Assembly (NCBI GenBank): GCA_965242865.1
Contig: CBDETK010000013.1
Span: forward strand, 1-64,000
Source: Candidatus Latescibacterota bacterium
Lineage (GTDB): Bacteria; Latescibacterota; UBA2968; UBA8231
Direction of reading: 5' to 3'
DNA: 64,000 nt
Each line of letters begins with the position of its first letter. The first letter of the stretch is position 1. Below the pieces are notes generated by a model, which saw nothing but the letters and a program-made list of their open reading frames with translations, ran no database searches and was not told where the DNA came from. This document shows positions 1-9,254 of this stretch, in pieces. The translations under genes and the position numbers were made by a program.

Positions 1-1
1 G

Positions 2-220
2 CAGCTTCCTGCCCTTCTAGAAACAGGAGAGAGAGTCATCTGCGTGGACATACTGTTCGTTGTAGAAGAGCCGTCTGAATCCGCATATAATCCAACAACG
101 CCAGGACGCACTCCGTCTTTTTTTCGCTTAATATGGGATCGGGACAAGAAGCTCTGGCACCATGTGGAAGTATTCTACAGTCCTGGAGTAGCAGAGACTT
201 ACTTCTTTGGTCAGTTTTAA
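2..220 (+). CDS. 3' end of secreted unknown protein, paralog of 8319..9230 (partial, runs off window)
   Basis: Frame 2 reads QLPALLETGERVICVDILFVVEEP...PGRTPSFFRLIWDRDKKLWHHVEVFYSPGVAETYFFGQF*, matching the C-terminus of 8319..9230 (KLPALLAAEKKITCADIMLIVEEP...PGRTPSFFRLMWDQDKKLWRHLEVFYSPGVGETYFFDLL). Not in the ORF track. Confidence 0.9.
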   Translation, partial: QLPALLETGERVICVDILFVVEEPSESAYNPTTPGRTPSFFRLIWDRDKKLWHHVEVFYSPGVAETYFFGQF

Positions 221-310
221 TGGTTTTATCGATCACGAGCCTATCTTAGGCTCATATAACCCATCCCATTTGGGATAGGGTTTTCACCCAAACCCTAAGG
301 AGGGACTATC

Positions 311-502
311 ATGAAGCGGAAACTGTCGAAAGTGGCCATCAGCCTCATTGCCCTCGCTGTGCAACTCTTGCCGAGCAAAGCAGAGGCTGTAAAGTGCTGC
401 ATAGAACTGCCGAGCGGCGTCAAGCTGTGCGCCTATTGCCCCGAAGACGCCTGCGACTACGAGCTGTCAGGCGACGGCAATTACAGAATTGTCTGCACCT
501 AG
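311..502 (+). CDS. Small secreted Cys-rich peptide (63 aa; Sec signal + 37-aa mature part with 6 Cys)
   Basis: RBS AAGGAGGG upstream; MKRK-hydrophobic-AEA signal peptide; mature VKCCIELPSGVKLCAYCPEDACDYELSGDGNYRIVCT; positional paralog at 9255..9455. Confidence 0.85.
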   Translation: MKRKLSKVAISLIALAVQLLPSKAEAVKCCIELPSGVKLCAYCPEDACDYELSGDGNYRIVCT

Positions 503-526
503 TCAGCTTGCTCAGCAGCTATCCAA

Positions 527-564
527 AGAAGGTGGGTGAGCCTTGGGCTCGCCCACTTTCTTCT
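527..564 (+). terminator. Stem-loop / probable intrinsic terminator after peptide gene 1
   Basis: AGAAGGTGGGTGAGCC-TTG-GGCTCGCCCACTTTCT inverted repeat (G:U pairs allowed) ending in a pyrimidine run. Confidence 0.65.
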
Positions 565-631
565 CGCAGCTAACCAGTCTGCAAGTACGTACCAGCGCAA
601 CGCTGCTTTACCTTACTAATCGGAGCCGATT

Positions 632-1546
632 ATGCCCCTGATAATACTACTATTGGCAGCCTACCCGATAGGTGCCCAGTTGCCCTCAGAGGTAGTACTG
701 GATTCGGTGTATAGCGGCCAAAATAGAACCCACTCGATTGCGTTCGAACCCGCCGCCGACATCGAGATAGAAAACGTGCGGACGGGCTGCGGCTGCACCG
801 GAGTCGAATTCCCTAAGGGTGTGCTGAAAGCTGGTGAAGAATACCATCTGAAGGTCGATGTAAATACGGCGGAACGCTCTGGTTCCTTTAAGAGCCACGT
901 TGCGGTCAAAATCGCTGGCGAAGAATCACCGTGGAACCTGAGCCTCCAAGTACAGGCCGTGCCGCCCTTTCCCGCCGAAATAGACTTTGGAGAAATAGAC
1001 CTCATTACCTTGCCCTTAGAGCACCATCTGTCGCTTTCCCAGATTGCCGACCAGCCGCTCGTTATCGCCTCGGTAGCGGTGCAGGGCGAAGGCGTCGTGG
1101 CATATCCTACGGACGCGGGTACAGGGCTGTTGCTTAGGACCGACGAGGCGTTGACTTGGGGCAGCCGAGTTGACGGCCTAGTCGAAGTCCACTTGGCGGG
1201 GAACGACCAGACACTACAGCAGACCGTGCATGTCGAGGGAAAGGTTATAGACCAGTTCCAAGTAGATCCATCCGCTCTTTCTTTTGGCATGGGCAAGCCT
1301 CACCGACGGCAAATAAAAACGGTCGCAGTACGTGTTGCACCCGATGCGGCGCAGGCTCCGGTCCGGGTGCAATCGAAGTGCCCAGCACCTACATTCGCTT
1401 TCGATTGGCTTTGGGAGACGGATCAGCGGCTAGTCGTCGAGATGCACAACGAAAGCGACTTCCCGATGGGCCAGACCGATTGCGAAATTATCGTCCACAT
1501 TGGGGATAACCCAGTAGCGATTCCCATATTCGCCCTGACTCGATAG
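632..1546 (+). CDS. DUF1573-type Ig-like secreted protein
   Basis: N-terminal signal peptide; IENVRTGCGCT motif typical of DUF1573; repeated beta-rich Ig-like segments (EIDFGEI, PSALSFG). Confidence 0.75.
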   Translation: MPLIILLLAAYPIGAQLPSEVVLDSVYSGQNRTHSIAFEPAADIEIENVRTGCGCTGVEFPKGVLKAGEEYHLKVDVNTAERSGSFKSHVAVKIAGEESPWNLSLQVQAVPPFPAEIDFGEIDLITLPLEHHLSLSQIADQPLVIASVAVQGEGVVAYPTDAGTGLLLRTDEALTWGSRVDGLVEVHLAGNDQTLQQTVHVEGKVIDQFQVDPSALSFGMGKPHRRQIKTVAVRVAPDAAQAPVRVQSKCPAPTFAFDWLWETDQRLVVEMHNESDFPMGQTDCEIIVHIGDNPVAIPIFALTR

Positions 1547-1582
1547 GTCAGGCCGAACTGCGGGCAAACAAGCTGAGGGTAT

Positions 1583-4102
1583 ATGCTACATTCTATCATA
1601 GCAAAACTTTCTGAGCGCTTGCTGTTTTGGGATCGTTGGCTCCATCGGTGGACGGAACTGGACCAACTGGCGCGAGACCAACGGACGATACTCGTCTTTT
1701 TTCATGGGTATAGCTTGGCGCACACCATCCGACCACTCGTGTTCGCTCGTGTATTGCGAGCGCGAGGGTATCCAGTCGAGTGCGCCGGACGCGGCCCCTA
1801 TATTGATCGGATCGCTAAAGAGGGGTTCCCCATCCACGATGTCGAGACCTTGCCGCAGGAACGGATGGACGAATACGTGGCCCAGGGCGAATACGGCTAT
1901 TACGACTTATCGTGGATTGATCGTTGCGTCCAGTCGGAACGGAACTTGATCCAAGCGATTAAACCGGCCTTAGTAATCCAAGATATGAAGCCGACCCTCT
2001 CCATAGCGGCTCAACTCGAAGGGGTTGACGAGGCCATCGTGAGCCAAGCCTATAACCAGCCGGGCTATCCGTTTCCCATACGGCTGATGCCGTCGTTCAG
2101 CACCGATCCGGGGCCATTTAGTACCTATCTCAAGCGCAAGGCGCGTGAGGTAAAACCCCGGAAAAAGATTTACCTACTAGCGGACATCCCCGAATTCCAT
2201 CCGCCTCCAGAACAGGCGGCTCCGGGGTATCACTACGTAGGCCCTTTGCTGGACGACCCACAGGCAAAAGGTACGGTTGCGATTCTCGACCAAGGATGGG
2301 ACTTGTCTTGGCCGCTGGTCTATGTGACCTGTGGCAGCAGTGGGAGACCTCCCGAATACTTGGAGGGACTAATTGAGGCGGTGGAGCACAAGCCCATCCG
2401 TTTGTTCATCACCACGGCTGGCCGCTGGGCGGGAACGAGCTACCCTAGCAATGTCCGGGTGACCGACTTTCTTCCCGGCGAATGGGTCTTGCAGCAGGCG
2501 AGGGCCTTGGTAGGCATTGTCGGCATTGGTGCTATTTATCAGGCACTGCGGTGCGGAGTGCCCATCATTGGTGCGCCCGAGCACTTGGATCAGGAGTACC
2601 ATTTGAATCGCATTGAGCAACTCGGATTGGGCGTAAAGATCGACCGGAAGGCATTTCGGGCAGATGAGATTTTGGCGGCCCTGTATCGAGTGATGGGAGC
2701 GGATTCCCCGTTTGCGGAGTCGTGCCGTGCTTTTGCCAAAAAAACCGCCCCATGGCACGGAGGCCAAGTCGCGGCCGATCTGGTAGATGATTTCTTTCTC
2801 GCCCAAGAAAAACTCCATCAAATCGATTCTCTTTATGCTATGGAGAAACAGGAGTTCGTCCGCCAGCTAGTCGCCAGTTCCCCGCTTTCAACGGAGGATG
2901 TAGAGACCATTCTGCACGAAGACACGGGCCGGGGACTGCCGCACCACAAAGTCCCCGGGACATTGTACTACGACCGCATTGATTCGTGGAATTGGCTCAA
3001 CGACCACGAGCCTCGCTTTTTTGAGGCCGACTACCAAGCGTTGGAGCAGAAGCGCAATCGGTTTTTCATCCGGGACGAAAAGGGAGTCCGGGGCCGCAAG
3101 AAATGGCAGCACTACCGAGTGACCTACCAGTTGCGTATTCATCCGGCACCCCTTCAGCCCGGTCAGTGTGCCCGGATTTTCCTACCTTATCCCACCGAAG
3201 GGCGCGGCCAACGGGATATCCGGCACATCGCCTGCGAGCCGGCTGAAATGGAAGCCGTGTTGGTGCCGGCGATGGGCTTTTTCTACAACTACGAGCGGAC
3301 CAAAGGTTCCGCGGAGAGCGAGCCTTGGGAACTAAGCTATGTCTGCGAGTTGACCGTGGAAGAATTCCCGCCGGCCAATGGTTGTCAGCCAGTTCCTCTA
3401 AGCCCCATTGAGCAAAAACGGTATCTGCACCTAGACCCTGCTCTGGCGGACTGTCCCGAAGTTGAGGTCTTCCGGCAGGAACTAGGCCCTAGGGCAGGGT
3501 GCAGCGACGAGTGGCGTGCCCGTGCTCTATACGAGGCCCTAATGCACACCAAACGATTCAAGAAAACCAAAGACCCCACCCAGAGTATCGGGTACAGTAC
3601 CCAAGCGATTTTGAGCGACACCGGCGGTCACTGCATCACGCTTTCGCGAGCGTTTATGGCCCTGTGCCGTCTAGATGGAATCCCCGTGCGCGAAGTCGCC
3701 GGTGCTCTGATCGGGTATCCTACCGGGGACGATACCTTTGCGGCCCACTCGTATCGAGACCCCCTCTTCGGCCATACGTGGGCTGAGGTCCATCTAGCGG
3801 AAAAGGGCTGGATACCCGTCGAGTTCCACGGCACCGTTATCGGACGGAACGCCCTGACGGACCGCAATGTCGCCGACCCGGTGCTGCGCGGCCGGATCGA
3901 GGCGAATACCGATCCGTATTGGGCCTATTACTTCGGCCATCTGGACACCCAACGCATCCGGTGTTCCAATTCCGTCAAAAATATCCCGCAATGCCTCGTA
4001 GAGCGGCTCGACGCGCAGGCTGGAGATCCCAATCGGTGGGATTTGCAGACCGAATTGCCGTACGAGTGCCACTTGCAGACCGAGATACTCAACGAAGGCT
4101 GA
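1583..4102 (+). CDS. GT-B (GT1/GT28-C-like) glycosyltransferase fused to a C-terminal transglutaminase-like domain
   Basis: N-half: LAHTIRPLVFARVLRARGY, LVYVTCGSSG, NVRVTDFLP...ALRCGVPIIGAPEHLDQEYHLNRIEQLGLG. C-half: GGHCITLSRAFMALCRLDGIPVREVAG...GHTWAEVHLAEKGWIPVE (transglutaminase-like Cys/His core). Confidence 0.85.
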   Translation: MLHSIIAKLSERLLFWDRWLHRWTELDQLARDQRTILVFFHGYSLAHTIRPLVFARVLRARGYPVECAGRGPYIDRIAKEGFPIHDVETLPQERMDEYVAQGEYGYYDLSWIDRCVQSERNLIQAIKPALVIQDMKPTLSIAAQLEGVDEAIVSQAYNQPGYPFPIRLMPSFSTDPGPFSTYLKRKAREVKPRKKIYLLADIPEFHPPPEQAAPGYHYVGPLLDDPQAKGTVAILDQGWDLSWPLVYVTCGSSGRPPEYLEGLIEAVEHKPIRLFITTAGRWAGTSYPSNVRVTDFLPGEWVLQQARALVGIVGIGAIYQALRCGVPIIGAPEHLDQEYHLNRIEQLGLGVKIDRKAFRADEILAALYRVMGADSPFAESCRAFAKKTAPWHGGQVAADLVDDFFLAQEKLHQIDSLYAMEKQEFVRQLVASSPLSTEDVETILHEDTGRGLPHHKVPGTLYYDRIDSWNWLNDHEPRFFEADYQALEQKRNRFFIRDEKGVRGRKKWQHYRVTYQLRIHPAPLQPGQCARIFLPYPTEGRGQRDIRHIACEPAEMEAVLVPAMGFFYNYERTKGSAESEPWELSYVCELTVEEFPPANGCQPVPLSPIEQKRYLHLDPALADCPEVEVFRQELGPRAGCSDEWRARALYEALMHTKRFKKTKDPTQSIGYSTQAILSDTGGHCITLSRAFMALCRLDGIPVREVAGALIGYPTGDDTFAAHSYRDPLFGHTWAEVHLAEKGWIPVEFHGTVIGRNALTDRNVADPVLRGRIEANTDPYWAYYFGHLDTQRIRCSNSVKNIPQCLVERLDAQAGDPNRWDLQTELPYECHLQTEILNEG

Positions 4103-4116
4103 ATGGAGCGGTCTCT

Positions 4117-5145
4117 ATGGAACTCAGCGTCGTCATCCCTACGTACAATCAGCGGGAACGACTCCGCTTGGTCTTGAGCGGCTTGGAGGGCCAGACCCTG
4201 CCGCCCGAGTGCTTTGAGGTCTTGGTCATTGATGACGGCTCGACCGATGGCACGGCAGAAATGCTCAATGCGTTACCCATCGACAATATGAAGCCGATCA
4301 AACTCCATCCGAACGAAGGACGCTGCTCGGCGAGGAACCGAGGAATCAACCAAGCCGAGGGCGCCCTCGTCGTGTTGCTCGATGGAGACGCTCTGCCGGC
4401 CCCCGACTTGCTACAAACGTATCTAGACGCCTTTGGGGAACACGGGCCGGATGGCGTGTTGTGCGGCCGGCTGTACTCGCTGGCCGAGTTGGAGTTTTTC
4501 CAAGACCCCCAGCGCGGGTCACTCGCTGATGTCGCCATCCCTAGCGTTCAGAAAGACTACCTAGCGAGCCACCGGGCAGAATTGATCCTGACCGAAGCGA
4601 TGGTTCGCCATGATTTCGCGGCCATCCGCGAGCGTGCCCTCCCGGGCGGCTATCCCTTCCCCGAACTGGAACAGATGCAGGACGAACAAATCGATCTCTT
4701 GCACCGATGCCCAGATGCGGCGGTAGCTTGGCTAGGGCTGACGCCCCACAACAGTGCCCTGCCCCGCGAGGCGTTGCGAGCTATCGGAGGGTTCGACGTC
4801 ACTATTCCTTTTTGCGAAGGCTGGGAGATAGCGTACCGGTGCCAGCAATACGGGTGTCGGCTCTATGGCGTACCGGCGGACACGTACCACCTATACCACT
4901 TCCACGACTTCAACGCCGCCGAGACGGCCGTGCGCCATCAGGCTATCGAGTACATGGCCGACAAATTTCAGGAGCCGCGCATCCGCTTGCTCTACTTTTG
5001 GTTCGCCCACCTGTGGCCAGACCCATTCTTGCCCGAAGAATCCTTGGTGGAGGATCTAGTTGAGTTCAACCGACGCTACCAGACCCTCACGGATGCGGAA
5101 TGGCAGCAGTATCAGTTCCTATTGGACCATCGGCCGAAGGAATAG
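4117..5145 (+). CDS. Glycosyltransferase family 2 (342 aa; start re-called to ATG 4117)
   Basis: MELSVVIPTYNQ, EVLVIDDGSTDGT, GRCSARNRGI, LVVLLDGD (DxD), IGGFD. GGAG precedes the ATG at 4117. Confidence 0.9.
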   Translation: MELSVVIPTYNQRERLRLVLSGLEGQTLPPECFEVLVIDDGSTDGTAEMLNALPIDNMKPIKLHPNEGRCSARNRGINQAEGALVVLLDGDALPAPDLLQTYLDAFGEHGPDGVLCGRLYSLAELEFFQDPQRGSLADVAIPSVQKDYLASHRAELILTEAMVRHDFAAIRERALPGGYPFPELEQMQDEQIDLLHRCPDAAVAWLGLTPHNSALPREALRAIGGFDVTIPFCEGWEIAYRCQQYGCRLYGVPADTYHLYHFHDFNAAETAVRHQAIEYMADKFQEPRIRLLYFWFAHLWPDPFLPEESLVEDLVEFNRRYQTLTDAEWQQYQFLLDHRPKE

Positions 5146-5168
5146 CTAAAGAAAGGAATAGCTAAAGA
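5137..5168 (+). repeat. 16-bp tandem duplication AAGGAATAGCTAAAGA x2 spanning the GT2 stop and permease RBS
   Basis: Exact copies at 5137-5152 and 5153-5168. Confidence 0.85.
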
Positions 5169-5169
5169 A

Positions 5170-6717
5170 ATGATAGGAATCGTTTGGAAAAAAGAGCTGG
5201 TAGATCAGCTAACCAGCCAGCGATTTATATGCTGTACTCTGATTATAGTGTCACTTATATGGGTCATTGGGCTGCTGCGCATAGCAAGTTACGAAAGAGC
5301 ACAGGTAGAAAAGGATCGGATCGTCGCCGAAACGACCGACGAGCTCCGCAAAATATATAAATACTGCAAACTGCGGACTAGGGTCGTCCGCACCCCGAGT
5401 CCACTAGAGGTCTTGGACCGGGGCGTCACCGAGCAAAAGAGCTCTATAGTGCCCATTGAGATATACGAGATACCCTACGTCACCGACAAGCACTCCTTGT
5501 CGGACACCAACACCCGTTTCGCTGACAAGCAGCTCCTATCGACCTCCGGCAACCCTTTGCTCGCCACAATAGGTACATTTGATGTCGTTCACGTCATCCA
5601 AATTTTCCTGTCGTTGTTGGCCATTCTCTTTGCGTGTGAGTCCATTTCAGGCGAAAAAGAGGAAGGCACCTTAGCACTAATGCTAACGATGAATGCCTCC
5701 CGAGTGCAGATCGCGACGGGCAAATTCCTGAGCGGTATTACGCTCCTCAACATACCTATTTTCTTGGGCTTTCTCGGTCCCGCAATTTTTCTCATTGCGT
5801 CCGAGCACATCCGGCTTACGGGGGACGACTGGCTTGGTCTCATCGGGATTTGGGCGACCTCCCTGTTTTACATCGCCATCTTCTACCTAACTGGCATGGC
5901 CATTTCGTGCTATACCCACAGCACTTCGACCAGCTTGATATACGGTCTATTTATCTGGGCCTTTTTGGTAATTGTTGTGCCGGGTAGTATTGAGTTTTTG
6001 GTCAATCAGCAATTCCATCGCTTGGAGGATGCCCGGACGGCCGAAGCCGCAAAAGACGAGCTGTGGCGCGAATACGAAAAACGGGCTGACGATCTAGTAC
6101 GGACGGCGGGCATAGGCGATACTTATCCCCCGCTAGAATTGGTCAGTATTATGATGGGGTATGGGGGTACGACGAGTAAGCCATCTTTTCATATCGGACC
6201 GATTCGAGAGGATGCCCGTATCGCTGACTTCCTAAACATTCTGAAGACCGGAGAGAATCTACGCCTCCAATATGCCCAAAAGGTTTGGCATGCCTGCGGC
6301 CCGCTTTGGGAGGGCCGGCCCCGGTCGCTCATTCGCCTAAACGATCAGTTACAAAGAATAACGCCGGCCGGGGCCTATCTAGCGGTTGCCGGCGGCTTGG
6401 CCGGTACGGATGCAGGGGTTTTTTACGATTTTATCCATCAGGCTCGTCAGTACCGCGAGCAACTCTTGGAGTATCTAAGGGCGCACGACGCGTTCGGAAG
6501 CATGGAGTTTGTAGGGGATCCAGAGGCGACACGCGAGGGCCGAGAGAAAAGAACGGCACTTAACCTCAGCGATCTGCCAGCCTTTGCGGAACGCCGTGAA
6601 CCCTTTCCTCAACGGCTGGGTAGGATTGCGCCGGGCCTTCTATCGCTGTTCATCTATGCGGGCCTGACTTGGCTGGCCGTAATACGGCTCTTTTCTCGCT
6701 ATGATGTTACTCGGTGA
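5170..6717 (+). CDS. ABC-2-type transporter permease A1 with large extracytoplasmic loops
   Basis: IVWKKEL start, ESISGEKEEGTLALMLT and IATGKFLSG ABC-2 motifs, multiple TM helices, C-terminal FSRYDV; paralog at 9603..11102. Confidence 0.88.
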   Translation: MIGIVWKKELVDQLTSQRFICCTLIIVSLIWVIGLLRIASYERAQVEKDRIVAETTDELRKIYKYCKLRTRVVRTPSPLEVLDRGVTEQKSSIVPIEIYEIPYVTDKHSLSDTNTRFADKQLLSTSGNPLLATIGTFDVVHVIQIFLSLLAILFACESISGEKEEGTLALMLTMNASRVQIATGKFLSGITLLNIPIFLGFLGPAIFLIASEHIRLTGDDWLGLIGIWATSLFYIAIFYLTGMAISCYTHSTSTSLIYGLFIWAFLVIVVPGSIEFLVNQQFHRLEDARTAEAAKDELWREYEKRADDLVRTAGIGDTYPPLELVSIMMGYGGTTSKPSFHIGPIREDARIADFLNILKTGENLRLQYAQKVWHACGPLWEGRPRSLIRLNDQLQRITPAGAYLAVAGGLAGTDAGVFYDFIHQARQYREQLLEYLRAHDAFGSMEFVGDPEATREGREKRTALNLSDLPAFAERREPFPQRLGRIAPGLLSLFIYAGLTWLAVIRLFSRYDVTR

Positions 6718-6729
6718 GGCGAACAGGCT

Positions 6730-8199
6730 ATGCTGACGACGATTATCAAACGGGAATTCATCTCGCATATCCAGAGCCTGCGGTTCAGTCTAGTGCTGGT
6801 GTTGTGCGTTGGCTTAATGATGCTCAATGCGCTCGGCCTCGTCCACAGTGCCTATCAATTCGAGCGCGACGTATATAGAGAAAACGTCGCCCAGCAACAC
6901 CAAAGGCTACGCAACAATGGTGCCGCAGGTTTGCACAAGCTATTGCTCGAAGGCCCGGGGTCGCTTTATAAGCAACCTAGTGAATTGGCGTTTTGTGCTA
7001 GTTTCGCCGACAACAAGCTACCCTATAAAATAGATATCAGCACAGTGAAGACCCCTATGGTGGAATATCGCGAGGGCCGAGTCATTGATACGGGTTTTTA
7101 TTGGCCTTGGACTCTGTCTTTTTCTACCGATATAGAGATAGCTCCGCTACTCTCCCCCCTTATCACCATTGACTGGGTCTTTATCATCGGCGTCTTGCTG
7201 AGCTTGGCCGCTCTCTTGTTTACATACGACGCCATCGTCGGCGAAAAGGAGAGTGGCACCCTCAAGCTGGTCATGGCCAACAGCCTGCTGCGCCATACGC
7301 TGCTGTGGGGCAAATTCTGGGGCGCGATGATGGTCTTGCTCGGGGTGCTACTCCTCAGCGTAACCCTCAATCTGTTGATCGTCTTGATGCTCGCCGATCT
7401 ATCGCTGGATTCCTCCCACGCCGGGCGCATCGCCGTCATGGTCTTGATCTCGGGGATTTATCTGGCCGGCTGTACCGCGCTGGGGCTGCTCATATCGGCG
7501 CGTAGTGCTACTAGGCGAGGCAGTCTGACGACGGTGCTCTTCGTCTGGCTGAGCATGGTTTTGTTGTGGCCGCAGATGGGGAAAACCGTTGCCGAGCTAT
7601 TCCATGAAGACCTACAAGAGTTAGAATACACTAAGCTCGTGTACGAGCGCGGCGACGGCTCGTTCACTTGGCATCCTGTTCGGGGACGCGCTTTCAACTT
7701 GGCGGCAGGGCAGGAAAACCTGCTCGATCCTACGTTTATCAAAAAACTTTCGAGTGCATTGCGAGAAGAACGGACGTACCATCAAGAACTAGAAAACGCC
7801 CTGATGCGGCGGCGGGTACAACAGGTCAGTCTAGCCCAAAACATCGTCCGGGTCTCGCCCATGGGCACCTACCAATACGCCATGGAGGCCATCGCGGGTA
7901 CGGGCCTACCGCGCTACCGTCATTTCATCGATCAAGCGAGGAATTACGCCCAGCGTTTTGAGGAAACCCTGCTCGCCATTGATCGGGCCGACTGGCGCAG
8001 CCTGCACGTTCCATTTGTCGAGCACGGGCTTTCTACGCAAAAGGTAGCGTTGGAGCAAATACCCGTGTTTGCCGAAGACCTCTCGGCCGCGTCGTTGGCT
8101 GGCTCGGCTGTAGTCGATTTGGTCTTGCTCGGCTTCTTTGCCGTGTTCACCTATCTGGCCGCATACTTGGTCTGGCTGCGCTCGTCTATCGCCGACTAG
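6730..8199 (+). CDS. ABC-2-type transporter permease B1
   Basis: IIKREF start, DAIVGEKESGTLKLVMANS, LLWGKFWG; paralog at 11110..12579. Confidence 0.88.
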   Translation: MLTTIIKREFISHIQSLRFSLVLVLCVGLMMLNALGLVHSAYQFERDVYRENVAQQHQRLRNNGAAGLHKLLLEGPGSLYKQPSELAFCASFADNKLPYKIDISTVKTPMVEYREGRVIDTGFYWPWTLSFSTDIEIAPLLSPLITIDWVFIIGVLLSLAALLFTYDAIVGEKESGTLKLVMANSLLRHTLLWGKFWGAMMVLLGVLLLSVTLNLLIVLMLADLSLDSSHAGRIAVMVLISGIYLAGCTALGLLISARSATRRGSLTTVLFVWLSMVLLWPQMGKTVAELFHEDLQELEYTKLVYERGDGSFTWHPVRGRAFNLAAGQENLLDPTFIKKLSSALREERTYHQELENALMRRRVQQVSLAQNIVRVSPMGTYQYAMEAIAGTGLPRYRHFIDQARNYAQRFEETLLAIDRADWRSLHVPFVEHGLSTQKVALEQIPVFAEDLSAASLAGSAVVDLVLLGFFAVFTYLAAYLVWLRSSIAD

Positions 8200-8236
8200 C
8201 GGTTCGTTCTGCGATCCGCTTATTTTTTATTTTTTT

Positions 8237-8263
8237 TGTAACATTTTCCTAACGGCATACGTT
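8237..8263 (+). promoter_or_regulatory. Candidate ECF-sigma promoter TGTAAC-N17-CGTT
   Basis: -35 TGTAAC at 8237-8242, 17-bp spacer, -10 CGTT at 8260-8263, T-rich tract upstream; motif and spacing are conserved at 12616-12642 while the spacer has diverged. Confidence 0.55.
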
Positions 8264-8318
8264 ATTACTTATGAGAAGCGTTCTTAAACAATGCGAAAAT
8301 CATGCAAGGAGGCTTTCT

Positions 8319-9230
8319 GTGAAAACGCTTACGCTCTTGTGCAGTGCGCTTATTATCACACCCGTACCCAGTCAAGCCCGCGAAGGGGGCTATGGCGGCT
8401 TTACCCAAGAGAACATACAGGAGTTTTACGACTACATACACGGCCAAGACGTGATTAAGGTGCAAGCAGGCGAAGAGTTGAACCAAGCCATTGACGCGAT
8501 CCCCATTAACTTGGAGACGGCCATCGACTTGGAGCAAGAGCGCGGCTTGCGCGACTGGTTGCGCCAGTATCTGATTGCGTTTTCCGAAGCGGGCAACGAT
8601 AGCTTGGTCGCCGCCTTCTATCTGAGGGCGGGATTTAATGAAGAAAGATATATGGCTCGAAGTCTGGCATGGGCTAATTTTGCTCGGGAAAATGCCCGAA
8701 ATCCAAGCATCACCCTCAAAAGTGCAGACGGAACCATACTAACCGACGAAGAAGAAATAGAGAAAGCAGCTCAAAAATTGGTTGATGATGCCAGAGCGAG
8801 TTTGAAGGAAGGGCCGCTTTCTATATTTCTTTCAATGTACAAAGGTGCGCTAAAAAACCACAACAAGGAGTATTTTATAGAAAACGTATCGTTCCACGAC
8901 AGTAGCTTTAGAGTGTTCGAGTTAGGGAAAAAGGATCCGAAGCTCTTACACCTGGCATCTGATCTAGGAATGTTACCTAAGGGGTATAGACCCTATCCGA
9001 CAGCACTAAGCGATAAACTTCCAGCACTTCTAGCAGCAGAGAAAAAGATCACCTGTGCAGATATAATGCTCATTGTAGAGGAACCACTAGCTTTTACACC
9101 TCATCCGGTCCCAGGACGCACACCATCATTTTTTCGTTTGATGTGGGACCAAGACAAGAAGCTATGGCGTCACTTGGAAGTATTCTATAGCCCTGGAGTA
9201 GGAGAGACCTACTTCTTCGACTTACTGTAA
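8319..9230 (+). CDS. Secreted protein of unknown function (303 aa; start re-called to GTG 8319)
   Basis: AAGGAGG RBS before GTG 8319 gives signal peptide MKTLTLLCSALIITPVPSQA; paralog at 2..220; no family recognised. Confidence 0.8.
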   Translation: MKTLTLLCSALIITPVPSQAREGGYGGFTQENIQEFYDYIHGQDVIKVQAGEELNQAIDAIPINLETAIDLEQERGLRDWLRQYLIAFSEAGNDSLVAAFYLRAGFNEERYMARSLAWANFARENARNPSITLKSADGTILTDEEEIEKAAQKLVDDARASLKEGPLSIFLSMYKGALKNHNKEYFIENVSFHDSSFRVFELGKKDPKLLHLASDLGMLPKGYRPYPTALSDKLPALLAAEKKITCADIMLIVEEPLAFTPHPVPGRTPSFFRLMWDQDKKLWRHLEVFYSPGVGETYFFDLL

Positions 9231-9254
9231 CCCCCTTTACAGGAGGAGTTCGCT

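Noticed and set aside
3919-4116. N-terminal extension of the GT2 (likewise the ORF-track starts at 8271, 18245, 22991, 24044, 31233, 37052, 41394, 62181)
   Set aside because: These overlap upstream genes or lack an RBS. Downstream starts give an RBS plus a signal peptide or family-typical N-terminus.
311-5145. Assignment to a known RiPP class (glycocin, lanthipeptide, sactipeptide/ranthipeptide)
   Set aside because: No double-Gly leader, C39 peptidase, LanB/C/M, YcaO or radical SAM gene in the window. Sec-type signals also raise the question of whether cytoplasmic GTs can reach the peptide, so it is kept as an unclassified candidate.
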